This document shows, one piece after another, positions 1 through 9,832 of a stretch of DNA of 64,000 nucleotides. The notes under the pieces are model-generated. The model was not told the DNA's origin. It was given only the letters and a program-made list of their open reading frames with translations, and did no database searches. The position numbers and the translations under genes are program-made. Position 1 is the first letter of the stretch. Each line of letters starts with the position of its first letter. Source of the stretch: Candidatus Iainarchaeum sp. (GTDB lineage: Archaea; Iainarchaeota; Iainarchaeia; Iainarchaeales; DTGL01); contig JAOAJX010000003.1 of the NCBI GenBank assembly GCA_026413945.1, positions 64,001 through 128,000 of the forward strand. Reading direction: 5' to 3'.

Positions 1-64
1 TATTTTTGCTTACGCCACCAGAATATGAGCCATGTATATGCAAATCGCAATCATACAATTTCAT
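1..64 (-). CDS. PHP-family protein, TIGR00375/EndoQ-like (5' fragment, runs off the window)
   Basis: Reverse complement from 64 reads MKLYDCDLHIHGSYSGGVSKN, containing the PHP motif DLHxH followed by YS..S. Not in the ORF track. Confidence 0.7.
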   Translation of the reverse strand, partial: MKLYDCDLHIHGSYSGGVSKN

Positions 65-136
65 TAAACCACACAAAGACTAATTAATATGAATGTATAA
101 AAAAGTATTATTAAAAGAATCAGGCAGCACATCTTT

Positions 137-1171
137 ATGAGAGAGGCAAAATTTTATGAAAAGCTCCACGGCAAAAAAATAAAATGCACTGCTTGTGCAA
201 GATACTGCACAATAAGCCCAGAAAAAACAGGCTTTTGCCGTGTTAGGAAAAATGTTAACGGCAAACTTTACTCCCTGGTTTACAACAAAGCGCTTACCCA
301 AACTGCAGATCCTATTGAAAAAAAGCCAATATACAATTTTATGCCAGCAACTTATTGCAGCAGCATAAGTACTTATGGTTGTAATTTCAAATGCCTTTTC
401 TGCCAGAATTTTAGCCTTTCGCAAGAGTTTTTAGAAGAAGATATTCAAGAGGTTGGAGAAACAACCCCCGAAGAAATTGTGGAAAACACTATTGCAAGAG
501 ACCTTGATGGAATTTCTTATACTTATGTTGAGCCAACTGTATTTATTGAATATGCGCTTGATATAATGAAAATTGCTAAAAAACAGGGGCTTTATAATGT
601 ATGGGTGAGCAATGGCTATATGAGCAAAGAATCACTTAAAGAGCTTTGCAAGTATGTTGATGCTGCAAACATTGATCTCAAAGGAGATGCGGACTTTTAC
701 AAAAAGCTGTGTGGAAATGCAGAGCTGGGTGTAGTTAAAAGTAATATTGAAGCTCTTTTTAAGGCAAAAGTGCACGTTGAGGTTACAAATCTCATCATTC
801 CAGGCATTAACGACTCAAAACCATGGCTTCATGACGTCTGCTCATTTGTCTCTGCTCTTAGCAAAGATATGCCTTTGCACTTTTCAAGGTTCTTCCCGCA
901 TTATAAAATGAGTAACATAAGGCCAACACCACTTGAAACCCTTGCACAAGCTTATGACATTGCAAAATCCCTTGGGCTTAACTATGTTTACATTGGAAAT
1001 ATTGGCTCAGAACAAAATACTTTTTGCCCAAAGTGCAAAGAAATAGCAATAAGAAGAGCAGGCTACAATGTTAATATTGTTGGCTTGAGTGAAAAAGGCC
1101 TTTGCACTAACTGTGGCCACAACTTAGGCATTAAAATGCCAAAAAAAGCTAAAAAATGCCAAAGAATTTAA
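137..1171 (+). CDS. amrS: AmmeMemoRadiSam system radical SAM enzyme
   Basis: CNFKCLFC radical SAM motif; N-terminal C..C...C and G.CRVR; DPIEKKP; FSRFFPHYK; C-terminal CPKC/CTNC. Confidence 0.9.
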   Translation: MREAKFYEKLHGKKIKCTACARYCTISPEKTGFCRVRKNVNGKLYSLVYNKALTQTADPIEKKPIYNFMPATYCSSISTYGCNFKCLFCQNFSLSQEFLEEDIQEVGETTPEEIVENTIARDLDGISYTYVEPTVFIEYALDIMKIAKKQGLYNVWVSNGYMSKESLKELCKYVDAANIDLKGDADFYKKLCGNAELGVVKSNIEALFKAKVHVEVTNLIIPGINDSKPWLHDVCSFVSALSKDMPLHFSRFFPHYKMSNIRPTPLETLAQAYDIAKSLGLNYVYIGNIGSEQNTFCPKCKEIAIRRAGYNVNIVGLSEKGLCTNCGHNLGIKMPKKAKKCQRI

Positions 1172-1511
1172 GCACAAGCATTGCTCCTAAGCCAGCAAGG
1201 CCAAAAATAACACTAACAATAAGGCCTTCAATTAAAGGAAGCTCTATGCCCACTGCGAATTTGAGTATTGCCCAGCCAATAAGCCCTAAAAGAGAGTTTA
1301 TTATTACTTTTTTTATAAAGAAAATTATAGCAACAGCAACAACTATTAGCAATATTCCAATTGCAAGTATTTCCGGCTTTCCAGCCAGGCTACCTGCAAT
1401 TTCACTCAAATGCTGCGTTGCTAAAGACCCTGCTTCAGAAATATCCTTTGCCTTATTTGATACTGTTGCGCTCAAATCTAGTAGGATTGAGCAAAAAATG
1501 GCGCTATTCAT
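1149..1511 (-). CDS. Small membrane protein, BofA-like
   Basis: Three hydrophobic segments; pattern IINSLLGLI...IFGLAGL resembles the BofA family. Start uncertain. Confidence 0.55.
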   Translation of the reverse strand: MNSAIFCSILLDLSATVSNKAKDISEAGSLATQHLSEIAGSLAGKPEILAIGILLIVVAVAIIFFIKKVIINSLLGLIGWAILKFAVGIELPLIEGLIVSVIFGLAGLGAMLVLKFFGIF

Positions 1512-1576
1512 ATATGAAAACTACTAAGCAAGTGTTTTAAAGTGTTTTCAACGCTACTTTTATGTGGTGGTTTTTT

Positions 1577-2218
1577 GTGGCTCTCTTAAGTTGGCTTCAA
1601 ATAAAAATAGCTAAAGAGCTTATCGAAAGCCCTATGAGCTTACAAGAGCTTTCAAAAGCGATTGGTGAAAACCCATTAGATATTGAAAAAGCTCTTAAGG
1701 ATATGGTTGCACTGAAACTTGTTACTGAAAAATCAGATATGTTTTACATTTCAGAGGAAATAAAAAAGGAGCTTCTTAATAAGAGAGAGTTAACTCAACA
1801 GGAAAAACCAAAAACTGAGATTCAGGCATACATTGAGGTAAAAGGGCTTAATAAAAAAGCTGCTTTGAAGCAGATGAAAGAAATTGAAAAGGCAATTAAG
1901 GCACAAAATGCCTTTGTCTTGTATTCAAGCAATATTATTGAGCCAGAAAAGCAAGGTGACTTTTACATAGGGCATCTTGATATTACCATTGGATTTAAAA
2001 GCCTAACTTCTTTGGTCCAGTTCATGTATCTCTATGGCCCAAGCGTTGTTGAAGTGATAAAGCCACCCAAAGCAGAGTTTACAGCTTTTGACCTTCAAGA
2101 GGCTCTAAATCAGATGGCTGAATTTATATTCAAATACAATGTTTATCTCGAGAAAAACCTCAGGAAGGCAGACATAGAGCGCTTTTATGCCTCGCTTTTA
2201 CAAAAGCAGAATTTTTAA
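1577..2218 (+). CDS. Conserved archaeal protein with N-terminal winged HTH
   Basis: SPMSLQELSKAIGE...ALKDMVALKLV is wHTH-like; C-terminal domain contains YGPSVVEVIKP. GTG start after GGTGG. Confidence 0.6.
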   Translation: MALLSWLQIKIAKELIESPMSLQELSKAIGENPLDIEKALKDMVALKLVTEKSDMFYISEEIKKELLNKRELTQQEKPKTEIQAYIEVKGLNKKAALKQMKEIEKAIKAQNAFVLYSSNIIEPEKQGDFYIGHLDITIGFKSLTSLVQFMYLYGPSVVEVIKPPKAEFTAFDLQEALNQMAEFIFKYNVYLEKNLRKADIERFYASLLQKQNF

Positions 2219-2327
2219 TTTGATCAGAAAGAACGGATCGGTTTCGCAAATTGACGAAACCAATTTCAACAATATATAGAATTTTATGCCCTAATTTGAG
2301 GCAAAAATCTTCTTTTTTGGGCATAAA

Positions 2328-2345
2328 GCGAAAGATATTTAAATA
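2328..2345 (+). promoter_or_regulatory. BRE plus TATA box of the S-layer gene
   Basis: GCGAAAGATATTTAAATA lies about 25 nt upstream of a 5'-UTR hairpin; SD GGTGAGGTGA at 2411-2420. Confidence 0.6.
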
Positions 2346-2428
2346 AAGCTTAGCATACTAACAATAAAGCCTTCTCCAAATAACCTTTGAGAGAGGGCTA
2401 AATAAACTAAGGTGAGGTGAAAAAAGCT

Positions 2429-5122
2429 ATGAAAAAAATGAATGTAAAGAGACTTGCGGCTTTGGGTGCTGGAATAGCACTGCTTGGAACTGCTTTGGCA
2501 CCGGTTGCTTCAGCGATTTCTCTGACAAGAAGCGATGTTATCAATGCAAACGGCGCTCCGGTTTATGACATTGTTGTCGGTGCAAAAGCAAGCAGCGACG
2601 CACTCTGGGCAGGAAACATAGCTGCAAAGTTAGCACAGCTTGCATACACAGACAGCGCTGTGACATGCACAGTTGATAGGAGTACAATAGGTGCCGGTGG
2701 GCAAGAAGTAAAACCACAAGCAACAGTATCAGGCCTCAACGTTGAGCTCGTAATTGGCGGCGAAACAACATATGGCGAAGGTACAGCATACATTTATGAT
2801 GACAGTTATTTGAACTCAACAGCTGCTGAACTAGACGCTCCAATAGAGCTTGGAAACTCTAAGATTAAAAGCCTTAAGAACGAGTCATGGGGATATACAT
2901 ATAATGGAGCTAACTATTCCCAGACAGTTAGAGAGTTCATTGTTGTGAACCCAGACGCAAAGTTTGAGACAAACCGCGAAGTAAAGGATTTGGTGCTCTA
3001 CATGCCAAAAGCAGGCGACTTCACTTACAGAGTAACTCTTAGCGGTGGTGTTCCTTTAGATTTCAACAAAACAAATAAATACAATATAACAGTGCCACTA
3101 TTCGGAAAGAAGTATAGTGTCTTGAAGACAAATGCGGATGGAACAGAGCTTACCTTGATAGACGAGGCTGCAAAGCGCACAATAGACGCTGGACAGACAA
3201 TAACCGACTTGGTTGGAAAAGGAAGTTACAAAGGCAAATCTCTATCTGTGCGGTTTGTATCGCTAACAATGAGCAAGTATCTTGGTGGAGATACTTACTA
3301 TACAGGAAAATTCCAGTTGCTTGACCCTGAAGGCAATGTCATTGCAACAGAAGACAAAGTTGAAGAAGGCGAGTTCCTTGAGCAAGTTTTCTACGTAAAT
3401 GGCGAATATCCGTTAGAAACATCAATTTACGTCGATACTTTGTTCAAGCAGGACGTTGACAACGCCAACAAAGCAACTATAACTGTTGGTACAAACACAG
3501 TTAAGCTCAAGGACGGCGAGAAATATCCTTATGATGAAAGAGTTACTTCCTCAAGCGAAAAATACTGGCTTGCAAAGCTATTTAAAGGTACTGGGACAGT
3601 CGGCGGTACCTCACAGGATGTAATAAACAAGATTGAAATTTACAACAATGCGGTTGAAGGCTACAGCAAATGGGACAGGAAAATGCCAATATACGCAAAG
3701 AAGGATACTTTGACAGGAAAAGGCGACAAGAGCGAAGCTATCTTCCTCAACGGCGAACCAAGCACAGCTTTAGGCTATGGCTTTGCCAAAGTAGTATTCC
3801 AGGGCTTCAAGAGCGAAACAATGACAGAGCTCAAGATAAAAGATCACAAGATTTACTATGTAGACGAAGGAGATACCCAGCATGAGATTCCGTTGTACAT
3901 AAGCGGCCTTGACAGTACAACAGAGGAATCATTTAACTTTGATAAGCTTGGAACCCAGAAGTATTACTTCAGAATGAGACTTGCTGATGACTATGAGTTA
4001 GGTTGTGAGGACGATGATTGCCAAGGCTGCTTCCAGCTTTCAGACGAGCCATTCAGAAACACTGATTTTGACCTTGATTGTGATAGCCCAGGATATTATC
4101 CATTCTATGCTGACGATGTAGGAGAGGGCCCTCTTGCCCTTACAGGCGACAACGGCATGGACTATGATTATGAATACTACTACTCCAGCACAGACAACGC
4201 AATTTGGTTCCTCTTTGCGCCTCAAAAGCTTGAAGGAAAAGGCGGCTATAAGCTCGAGTTTTTAGGTACAGACACAACAGAAGATCTCGGAATCGATAGT
4301 GAATATTACCTGCCAAACGAGTACGAGCTCGGTGGTGGCAAAAGCGGTGAGTATTACACAGCAGTCTTTGAGCTAACAGAACCTACTGGTGGCGGTAGCG
4401 GTAAAATATACATAGATACCGAAGACGGGAGCTTGGCGCCTTTCGGAAATACAAATTACAGCGCAAGCGGATATGAGTTTAAGTATAAGCACCTGGGCAC
4501 GGATCAAGAGTTGAACCTAACACAGTACCAGGCATCTACAAATGTGCAGACAGCTTACTCAGACTACGGCAGCAAGTACGACATAAGTCAGGATTACTTC
4601 CAGGCATGGATTCCAGATAAAAGACGCTACATAAGGTACGATATAATAGGGCCTGCTGCTTCAGGGTCAACAATAGTTGGTGGCGAGACACTGCTTCTTA
4701 ACGAAGGCGAGGAGAAAGTTACAAGCGCAGGTACAAGGATTACAGCGAAAAAGATAAACTACAATGTCTCAGTTACACCAACAGTGTGCCCAGCCGGCGG
4801 TGTTGTAATAGAGAACATAAGAGCAACACCAAGCGTCAGCACAGCCAAGAGGATTGTGCCTGTTGGACAGCTTGTCTTCACACACGACGCCGCACTTAGC
4901 GGAAAGCCAAAGATAATTATAGGTGGCTGGAAAGTCAACAGGTTTGCAAAAGACATAACTCTCAGCGACGGCAAGAAGATTACTGAGAGATTAACAGCTA
5001 AAGGCGACTACGTAGTGGACAAGCTTAATGACGGCACCATAATAGTTGCTGGATACACGGCAGCAGACACAGAAGCAGCAGCAAGGGAGCTTATAAGAGA
5101 GCTCGACAGGCTGTTGGGCTAA
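2429..5122 (+). CDS. S-layer protein
   Basis: Signal peptide MNVKRLAALGAG..; N-terminal IVVGAKA..D..A..IAA.L and C-terminal IIVAGYTAADT..AA S-layer motifs; strong SD; distinct codon usage. Confidence 0.9.
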   Translation: MKKMNVKRLAALGAGIALLGTALAPVASAISLTRSDVINANGAPVYDIVVGAKASSDALWAGNIAAKLAQLAYTDSAVTCTVDRSTIGAGGQEVKPQATVSGLNVELVIGGETTYGEGTAYIYDDSYLNSTAAELDAPIELGNSKIKSLKNESWGYTYNGANYSQTVREFIVVNPDAKFETNREVKDLVLYMPKAGDFTYRVTLSGGVPLDFNKTNKYNITVPLFGKKYSVLKTNADGTELTLIDEAAKRTIDAGQTITDLVGKGSYKGKSLSVRFVSLTMSKYLGGDTYYTGKFQLLDPEGNVIATEDKVEEGEFLEQVFYVNGEYPLETSIYVDTLFKQDVDNANKATITVGTNTVKLKDGEKYPYDERVTSSSEKYWLAKLFKGTGTVGGTSQDVINKIEIYNNAVEGYSKWDRKMPIYAKKDTLTGKGDKSEAIFLNGEPSTALGYGFAKVVFQGFKSETMTELKIKDHKIYYVDEGDTQHEIPLYISGLDSTTEESFNFDKLGTQKYYFRMRLADDYELGCEDDDCQGCFQLSDEPFRNTDFDLDCDSPGYYPFYADDVGEGPLALTGDNGMDYDYEYYYSSTDNAIWFLFAPQKLEGKGGYKLEFLGTDTTEDLGIDSEYYLPNEYELGGGKSGEYYTAVFELTEPTGGGSGKIYIDTEDGSLAPFGNTNYSASGYEFKYKHLGTDQELNLTQYQASTNVQTAYSDYGSKYDISQDYFQAWIPDKRRYIRYDIIGPAASGSTIVGGETLLLNEGEEKVTSAGTRITAKKINYNVSVTPTVCPAGGVVIENIRATPSVSTAKRIVPVGQLVFTHDAALSGKPKIIIGGWKVNRFAKDITLSDGKKITERLTAKGDYVVDKLNDGTIIVAGYTAADTEAAARELIRELDRLLG

Positions 5123-5124
5123 AC

Positions 5125-5180
5125 AGAAAAGAAAGGCAAAACCTTTCTTTCTTTTTTCTTTTTTTATTTTTCTATTTCTT
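5125..5180 (+). terminator. S-layer gene terminator
   Basis: AAAGAAAGG-CAAAA-CCTTTCTTT hairpin followed by long T tracts. Confidence 0.7.
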
Positions 5181-5244
5181 AGTGAAAAAGCAATATTTTT
5201 TGTTAGCAACAGGGTTTTAAACATTCTACACTTTAAAAAGATAG

Positions 5245-6246
5245 ATGCTCGGAAGAAAATTAGCTGAAGTAAATGTACAAAAAGCCTTTCAGAAGGCAAT
5301 AATCGCACTTTTATTTCTAATAGCTTTTTTTGCTGTTTTATTGAAGCTTAGCGGCTCTTTTCAAGAAATTAAGAATGCTAATTTGTTCCTTATCTTGCTC
5401 TCATCTCTTTCTTTTATCTTATCTGCGCTTGTTTGGGCTTTTGCATGGGCTTTTGTTTTAAGAAAAGAGCATAGCTTAAGTTACAGAAATGCCTCTTTTT
5501 TGGGAATATCTTCAATGTTCGCATCTTTTACACCGATGCAGCTTGGCAATGATGCATTAAGGGCTTTTCTGCTTAAAGAATATTTTGGAGTGCCCTTATA
5601 CAAAGGCATAGGCGCAAGCATGGTAATAAAAGGCATAAAGTTTCTCACATTGGCTTTTTTCTCTTTGGTAGCCTTGCTGTCAATACCATTTCAAGCACTA
5701 GGAGCTGCACTTTTATTATCTTTTATGGTTGGTCTTTTGGTAATTGCAATCTCAGCAGCAATTCTTCTTTTGCCAATAAGCAGAAGGTTAAACAATAAAA
5801 TTCGCAAATTTTTTATGGCTCTCTCATTAAAGTTTAAAGTGTTCTCCAGTTTAGATTATTTGCTTTCCGAGTATTCTTACTTTCTGGGCGACAAAATAGC
5901 TCTCTTACCCAAGGTATTTGCTTTTTGCATAGCCGCATTTACTTTTGAGTTCCTGTGCTTTGCATTTTCAGCATTTTCTGTTGGCCTTTACCTTGAATTT
6001 AGCATGCTTCTATTGATTTTCTTTGCAATATCTTTGCTTGAGAGGGTTCCCTTTGCTCCCCGTGGCTTTGGCCTTGTGGAAACGGCAACATATCTTTTCC
6101 TATCAAGGAGCCCATTTGGCTTTTCACAAGCAAAACTGGTTTCTTTCATAGCAATATTTGATTTCTCAAGAATAATTTTGCCAACTGCAGTTTCGTTGCT
6201 TGCTTTTGCAGGACTTCGCAGAAGGTGCCTATTTAAGCAAAAATAA
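5245..6246 (+). CDS. Lysylphosphatidylglycerol synthase TM / UPF0104 flippase-like membrane protein
   Basis: Multi-TM; FTPMQLGNDALRA and P.APRGFGLVE motifs; convergent with aglH. Confidence 0.8.
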   Translation: MLGRKLAEVNVQKAFQKAIIALLFLIAFFAVLLKLSGSFQEIKNANLFLILLSSLSFILSALVWAFAWAFVLRKEHSLSYRNASFLGISSMFASFTPMQLGNDALRAFLLKEYFGVPLYKGIGASMVIKGIKFLTLAFFSLVALLSIPFQALGAALLLSFMVGLLVIAISAAILLLPISRRLNNKIRKFFMALSLKFKVFSSLDYLLSEYSYFLGDKIALLPKVFAFCIAAFTFEFLCFAFSAFSVGLYLEFSMLLLIFFAISLLERVPFAPRGFGLVETATYLFLSRSPFGFSQAKLVSFIAIFDFSRIILPTAVSLLAFAGLRRRCLFKQK

Positions 6247-7176
6247 AATAATTGTCCAGAAAGCACAATTGGCCGCAACACAAAGCCACATAATTGCAAC
6301 AATTGCCGGCTCTTTTTTCGGACCAACTAAAAGCACCACCATTTTGGCAAAGTCAAGTTTTCTGCTTTCAGGAACCCCAAGAGTGCCATCTCTGTTTATC
6401 TTGTAAGGCGGCTCCTTTTTTTGGCTAGGATCCTTTGGATTAGTAAGTATTTTTAAAGAAAAATCAATCATGTGCGGCAAGAAGAAAGGAAAAGTCACAA
6501 ACATAAGCCATAGTGATTTTTGCATTACAACGATGCCTGCTATGGCAGAGCCGATTAAAAGAGTTCCGGAATCGCCAGGAAAAACCTTGGCAGGATATCT
6601 GTTTAAAATAAGAAAACCCAATAGTGAGCAAATAAATGGTAAAAAAACCAAAGATAAGTATGTTTTGTCAGGCAAGAGCACAAGCGCAAAGAAAATCGAA
6701 ATTATAAGCCCCGAACCAGCCTCTAAGCCATTAAGCCCAGCGAATGTGTTTTCAAAACTAGCAACGCCTGCAAGGTAAAGTGCTGCTAGAACAACTAGCA
6801 AAAGATTGCTGCCAAAGAAGGTAAATGAGAACAGCAGCGAAAGTACTGCTATTATTGCAGCCCTGAAGCGCCAAGGTATCGCTTTTGCTTTTGCCTTGTG
6901 CTTCATATCATCTATATAGCCAACTATAGAAAAACCGCTCACCATAATAGCCCAGGCAATAAAGCTAAAATCCCATTCACCTATAGAGGCCAATATTGCT
7001 GTCAACCATATTGGCAACAACATTGCAATACCTGTGCTTTCAGGCAACGCTGGCTTATCAACTTTGTTTATGTCTATTCCCTTTATGCCAACCTTAATAT
7101 TGTGCTTTGCAACTGCTTTTACTAGCAAATAGGTTAAAGCGAAGCAAGTCAAACATAAAGCCAATATTTTAAGCAA
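6229..7176 (-). CDS. aglH: UDP-GlcNAc:dolichyl-phosphate GlcNAc-1-phosphate transferase (AglH/MraY-like)
   Basis: G.DINK...LPE..G, GYIDD, NTFAGLNGLEAG, NRYPAKVFPGDSGT. Confidence 0.85.
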   Translation of the reverse strand: MLKILALCLTCFALTYLLVKAVAKHNIKVGIKGIDINKVDKPALPESTGIAMLLPIWLTAILASIGEWDFSFIAWAIMVSGFSIVGYIDDMKHKAKAKAIPWRFRAAIIAVLSLLFSFTFFGSNLLLVVLAALYLAGVASFENTFAGLNGLEAGSGLIISIFFALVLLPDKTYLSLVFLPFICSLLGFLILNRYPAKVFPGDSGTLLIGSAIAGIVVMQKSLWLMFVTFPFFLPHMIDFSLKILTNPKDPSQKKEPPYKINRDGTLGVPESRKLDFAKMVVLLVGPKKEPAIVAIMWLCVAANCAFWTIILFLLK

Positions 7177-7231
7177 CCATCCACCTTCATATCTTTTACA
7201 TGATAAGTTTTAAATTGTAAACTAATTATTC

Positions 7232-8491
7232 TTATGCGATATTTTTTGTCTTCATAATTTCCATTAAAACAGTTGTTGCGTAGCTACCCTTTTCCAGCTC
7301 AAAGTATATTTTGCATAGATTTTTACCAGGGAAAAAGTCATCGGCACGAATTTCAAGAACAGCCAACTTTTCTGGAACTACTACTATTTTTCTGCGGGCC
7401 CCAGCACTCGAGCATTCAGGCATCTTTTTAACTTTAAACATAGAAAAGTCAATATCCTCTTCTGCAAGCACTTCCCTTTCAATCTTCCCAATGGCACCGG
7501 CAGTAAAAGACGAGTCAAAGCCTGGCAACAAACCTAAAGGCACGCCATTATCGTGCGGTTCACCATTAATTGCTTTTAGGCACGTGTTTGTTTCAAGTCG
7601 CCTATCAAGTATTCTGTTGAACAAATATGCTTGATAGGCGTGTGTAAAAAGGAAAACAATCTTTTTAGGTAGTTTTCTTAAAGCCCCAACATAGTCTCCC
7701 CTGTGTGATGCCAAATGATGAAGCATTGCCCTTTCGTACCTATATTTTTTTGGAAATGAATTGAGAGCACCTCTCAAGTCATTCTTTGCTGCTAACCTCC
7801 TAGCTTCCCTAACGGCTTCGCTTTCTTGCTCAGATTCCGTAGAAAGATAAATCATTACTGCATTTTCATAGTTGCCCTTTATTATCTCCTTACCGACAAG
7901 ATGACTTATATTTCTTATACCACCAAATCTCTGAGCCCCAAAATAATTCGCAATACCATTTTTCATCTCCCTAAAGCAAGATTCAACATTTGCCTTTATC
8001 TCATCTTCACCAAGGCCAATATTTCTTATTGTTACTGTAAAAGCATTTCCAGAAAGCATTCCCAAGTCTATTTGATTTTCAGCCCATAAAGCTTTCTTAA
8101 GCAAGATAGTATTGGTTCCAAAACCAATGATAAGATCAAGATTTGGTTTAAATATACTTATGCGTTGGCATGTTATTGCTCTTTTGTCTTTTATGCCAGC
8201 ATATCCAATTCTTCTTGGGCTACAGTGCAGAGCCCTTGAAAGCTGCCTTATCGCATCGTGCAAATCCCTGTTTTTTTTCTGTAGCTCAACCCAAAGATAG
8301 CTTTTCTCAACACCATCCGGCTTATCAAGAAACGGCTTTCCAAAATCTTCTATAGTAACTGCACATTTGTAACTTTCGTGTAGCTCCTCAACAATAAAAT
8401 CAGCATACCTGTGCTTTATTTTGCCGCCAATGCCAGGGCTTTTTGTTGAGAATCGCCACAATGTAGAATTTTCTTGCATTTCCGCCATCAC
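7232..8491 (-). CDS. truD: tRNA pseudouridine(13) synthase
   Basis: DFIVEE, YAGIKDKRAIT.Q, GN.FTVTIR, NYFGAQRFG, F.LEKGSYAT. Confidence 0.95.
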   Translation of the reverse strand: MMAEMQENSTLWRFSTKSPGIGGKIKHRYADFIVEELHESYKCAVTIEDFGKPFLDKPDGVEKSYLWVELQKKNRDLHDAIRQLSRALHCSPRRIGYAGIKDKRAITCQRISIFKPNLDLIIGFGTNTILLKKALWAENQIDLGMLSGNAFTVTIRNIGLGEDEIKANVESCFREMKNGIANYFGAQRFGGIRNISHLVGKEIIKGNYENAVMIYLSTESEQESEAVREARRLAAKNDLRGALNSFPKKYRYERAMLHHLASHRGDYVGALRKLPKKIVFLFTHAYQAYLFNRILDRRLETNTCLKAINGEPHDNGVPLGLLPGFDSSFTAGAIGKIEREVLAEEDIDFSMFKVKKMPECSSAGARRKIVVVPEKLAVLEIRADDFFPGKNLCKIYFELEKGSYATTVLMEIMKTKNIA

Positions 8492-9732
8492 TACCTATAC
8501 CTTAATATTCCGCCAAGGCCACCAAATGTTTTCCAAAATTGCTCGCCTTCGTCAGTTTCAGTGCTTATTATTATTGTTTTTGTGCCCATTTTTTCAGCTT
8601 TTTTCATCAACAATTCAACGTAATCATTCTCTTCCAAAATTTCCATCTCATAGCCACATTTATCACACTTTAGACTAGGCGACTCCGACTCCTCAATTGT
8701 AACCATCTTTTGAAAGCCGCAATGAGTGCATTGCATTTTGTATGCTGTTTTATTTATCCTCTCGCTTATGAGAAGCTTTGCAACTTTTCCAGATTCGAGC
8801 GCATCAATAGTTTCCTTTTCACCATATACTGCAAGCCCTGTTTTTATTATGTTTGTCATGAATTCGCTGACTGCTTCCTTTTCTTTCACTACTGCTGCGT
8901 TTTTTAGAAGCTCCTTGCCCCTTTCAATAGCTTCCTTTATCCCATACTCGTCAGTATATGATGTACTAACAGTGCCAATAATTTTGCTCTTTAATCTATA
9001 ATCCAAAAAGTCCTTTTCGAGAAAAGTTTCTTTTGTAAAGCCGGGCCCAGCAACTATAATACCATTTAGCTTTTCAGCATAAGGCACTAAAGCGCTGTTT
9101 ACTGCTTCGCTCACTTTCTTGTAAAAGTTGTGTTCTGCCTCTTCACGCAGATGCTCAAATCGCTTTGCAGATTGGCCACCTGCGCGTTGCTTTCCTGCAA
9201 CATTGCTGTTGAAGTGCCCTATTATCTCATAAGATTTGCCCTTAAGTATTGCGATGGTTGCCTCATTCTTGTCTATGGTAATTATTCCGTAGATTTCGGT
9301 TGGTAAAACCATTTGCTTTAATGGCTCTAGGTTAAACTCCGAATCGCACCAATACATTTTCGTTTCTAGCTTTTTTATAGGGACTACCGTAAATAATCTT
9401 ATGTCCGATTTTCCTTCCTGCTTAGAGATGTTCCCGCAGAAAATAGCAAGCCCATTTTTTGGAATATCAAAGTCAATTTGCTTTATAAGGTTTATTATTC
9501 TCTTAAGAGCACTCTGCACATTTTTTCTCGTGCTCGGATCTTTAATATTTGAACTCTGACTTTTTTCATTTATAAGCTGTGACATTATTGCACTTCTATC
9601 GGCGCCATATGGGACGTAAAGAGAAATAAGCTCTGTACCACTGCCTTTTAAAGAACTCAGTTTTCTTAGCTTTTTGTTGAACAGGTTCAGCTCACTATCG
9701 CTTATTTCCTCTATAAAGTCCTTTTTCATCAT
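8491..9732 (-). CDS. prf1: Peptide chain release factor aRF1
   Basis: GTELISLY, NIKD, YWCDSEF, GGQSAKRF, C-terminal FGGLGGILRY; zinc-ribbon insertion. Confidence 0.97.
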   Translation of the reverse strand: MMKKDFIEEISDSELNLFNKKLRKLSSLKGSGTELISLYVPYGADRSAIMSQLINEKSQSSNIKDPSTRKNVQSALKRIINLIKQIDFDIPKNGLAIFCGNISKQEGKSDIRLFTVVPIKKLETKMYWCDSEFNLEPLKQMVLPTEIYGIITIDKNEATIAILKGKSYEIIGHFNSNVAGKQRAGGQSAKRFEHLREEAEHNFYKKVSEAVNSALVPYAEKLNGIIVAGPGFTKETFLEKDFLDYRLKSKIIGTVSTSYTDEYGIKEAIERGKELLKNAAVVKEKEAVSEFMTNIIKTGLAVYGEKETIDALESGKVAKLLISERINKTAYKMQCTHCGFQKMVTIEESESPSLKCDKCGYEMEILEENDYVELLMKKAEKMGTKTIIISTETDEGEQFWKTFGGLGGILRYR

Positions 9733-9832
9733 CGCGCAACACACTCAATGACCAAATTAGCTAATAAGGCATATGCTTTAAATATAATTAAAACTACTAT
9801 AAATAAGAATAAAAACCTTAAGAGGTGCAAAA

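Noticed and set aside
9535-9550. aRF1 NIKD instead of NIKS as a sign of stop-codon reassignment
   Set aside because: The fourth position varies among archaeal aRF1 proteins, and TAA, TAG and TGA all terminate conserved genes here.
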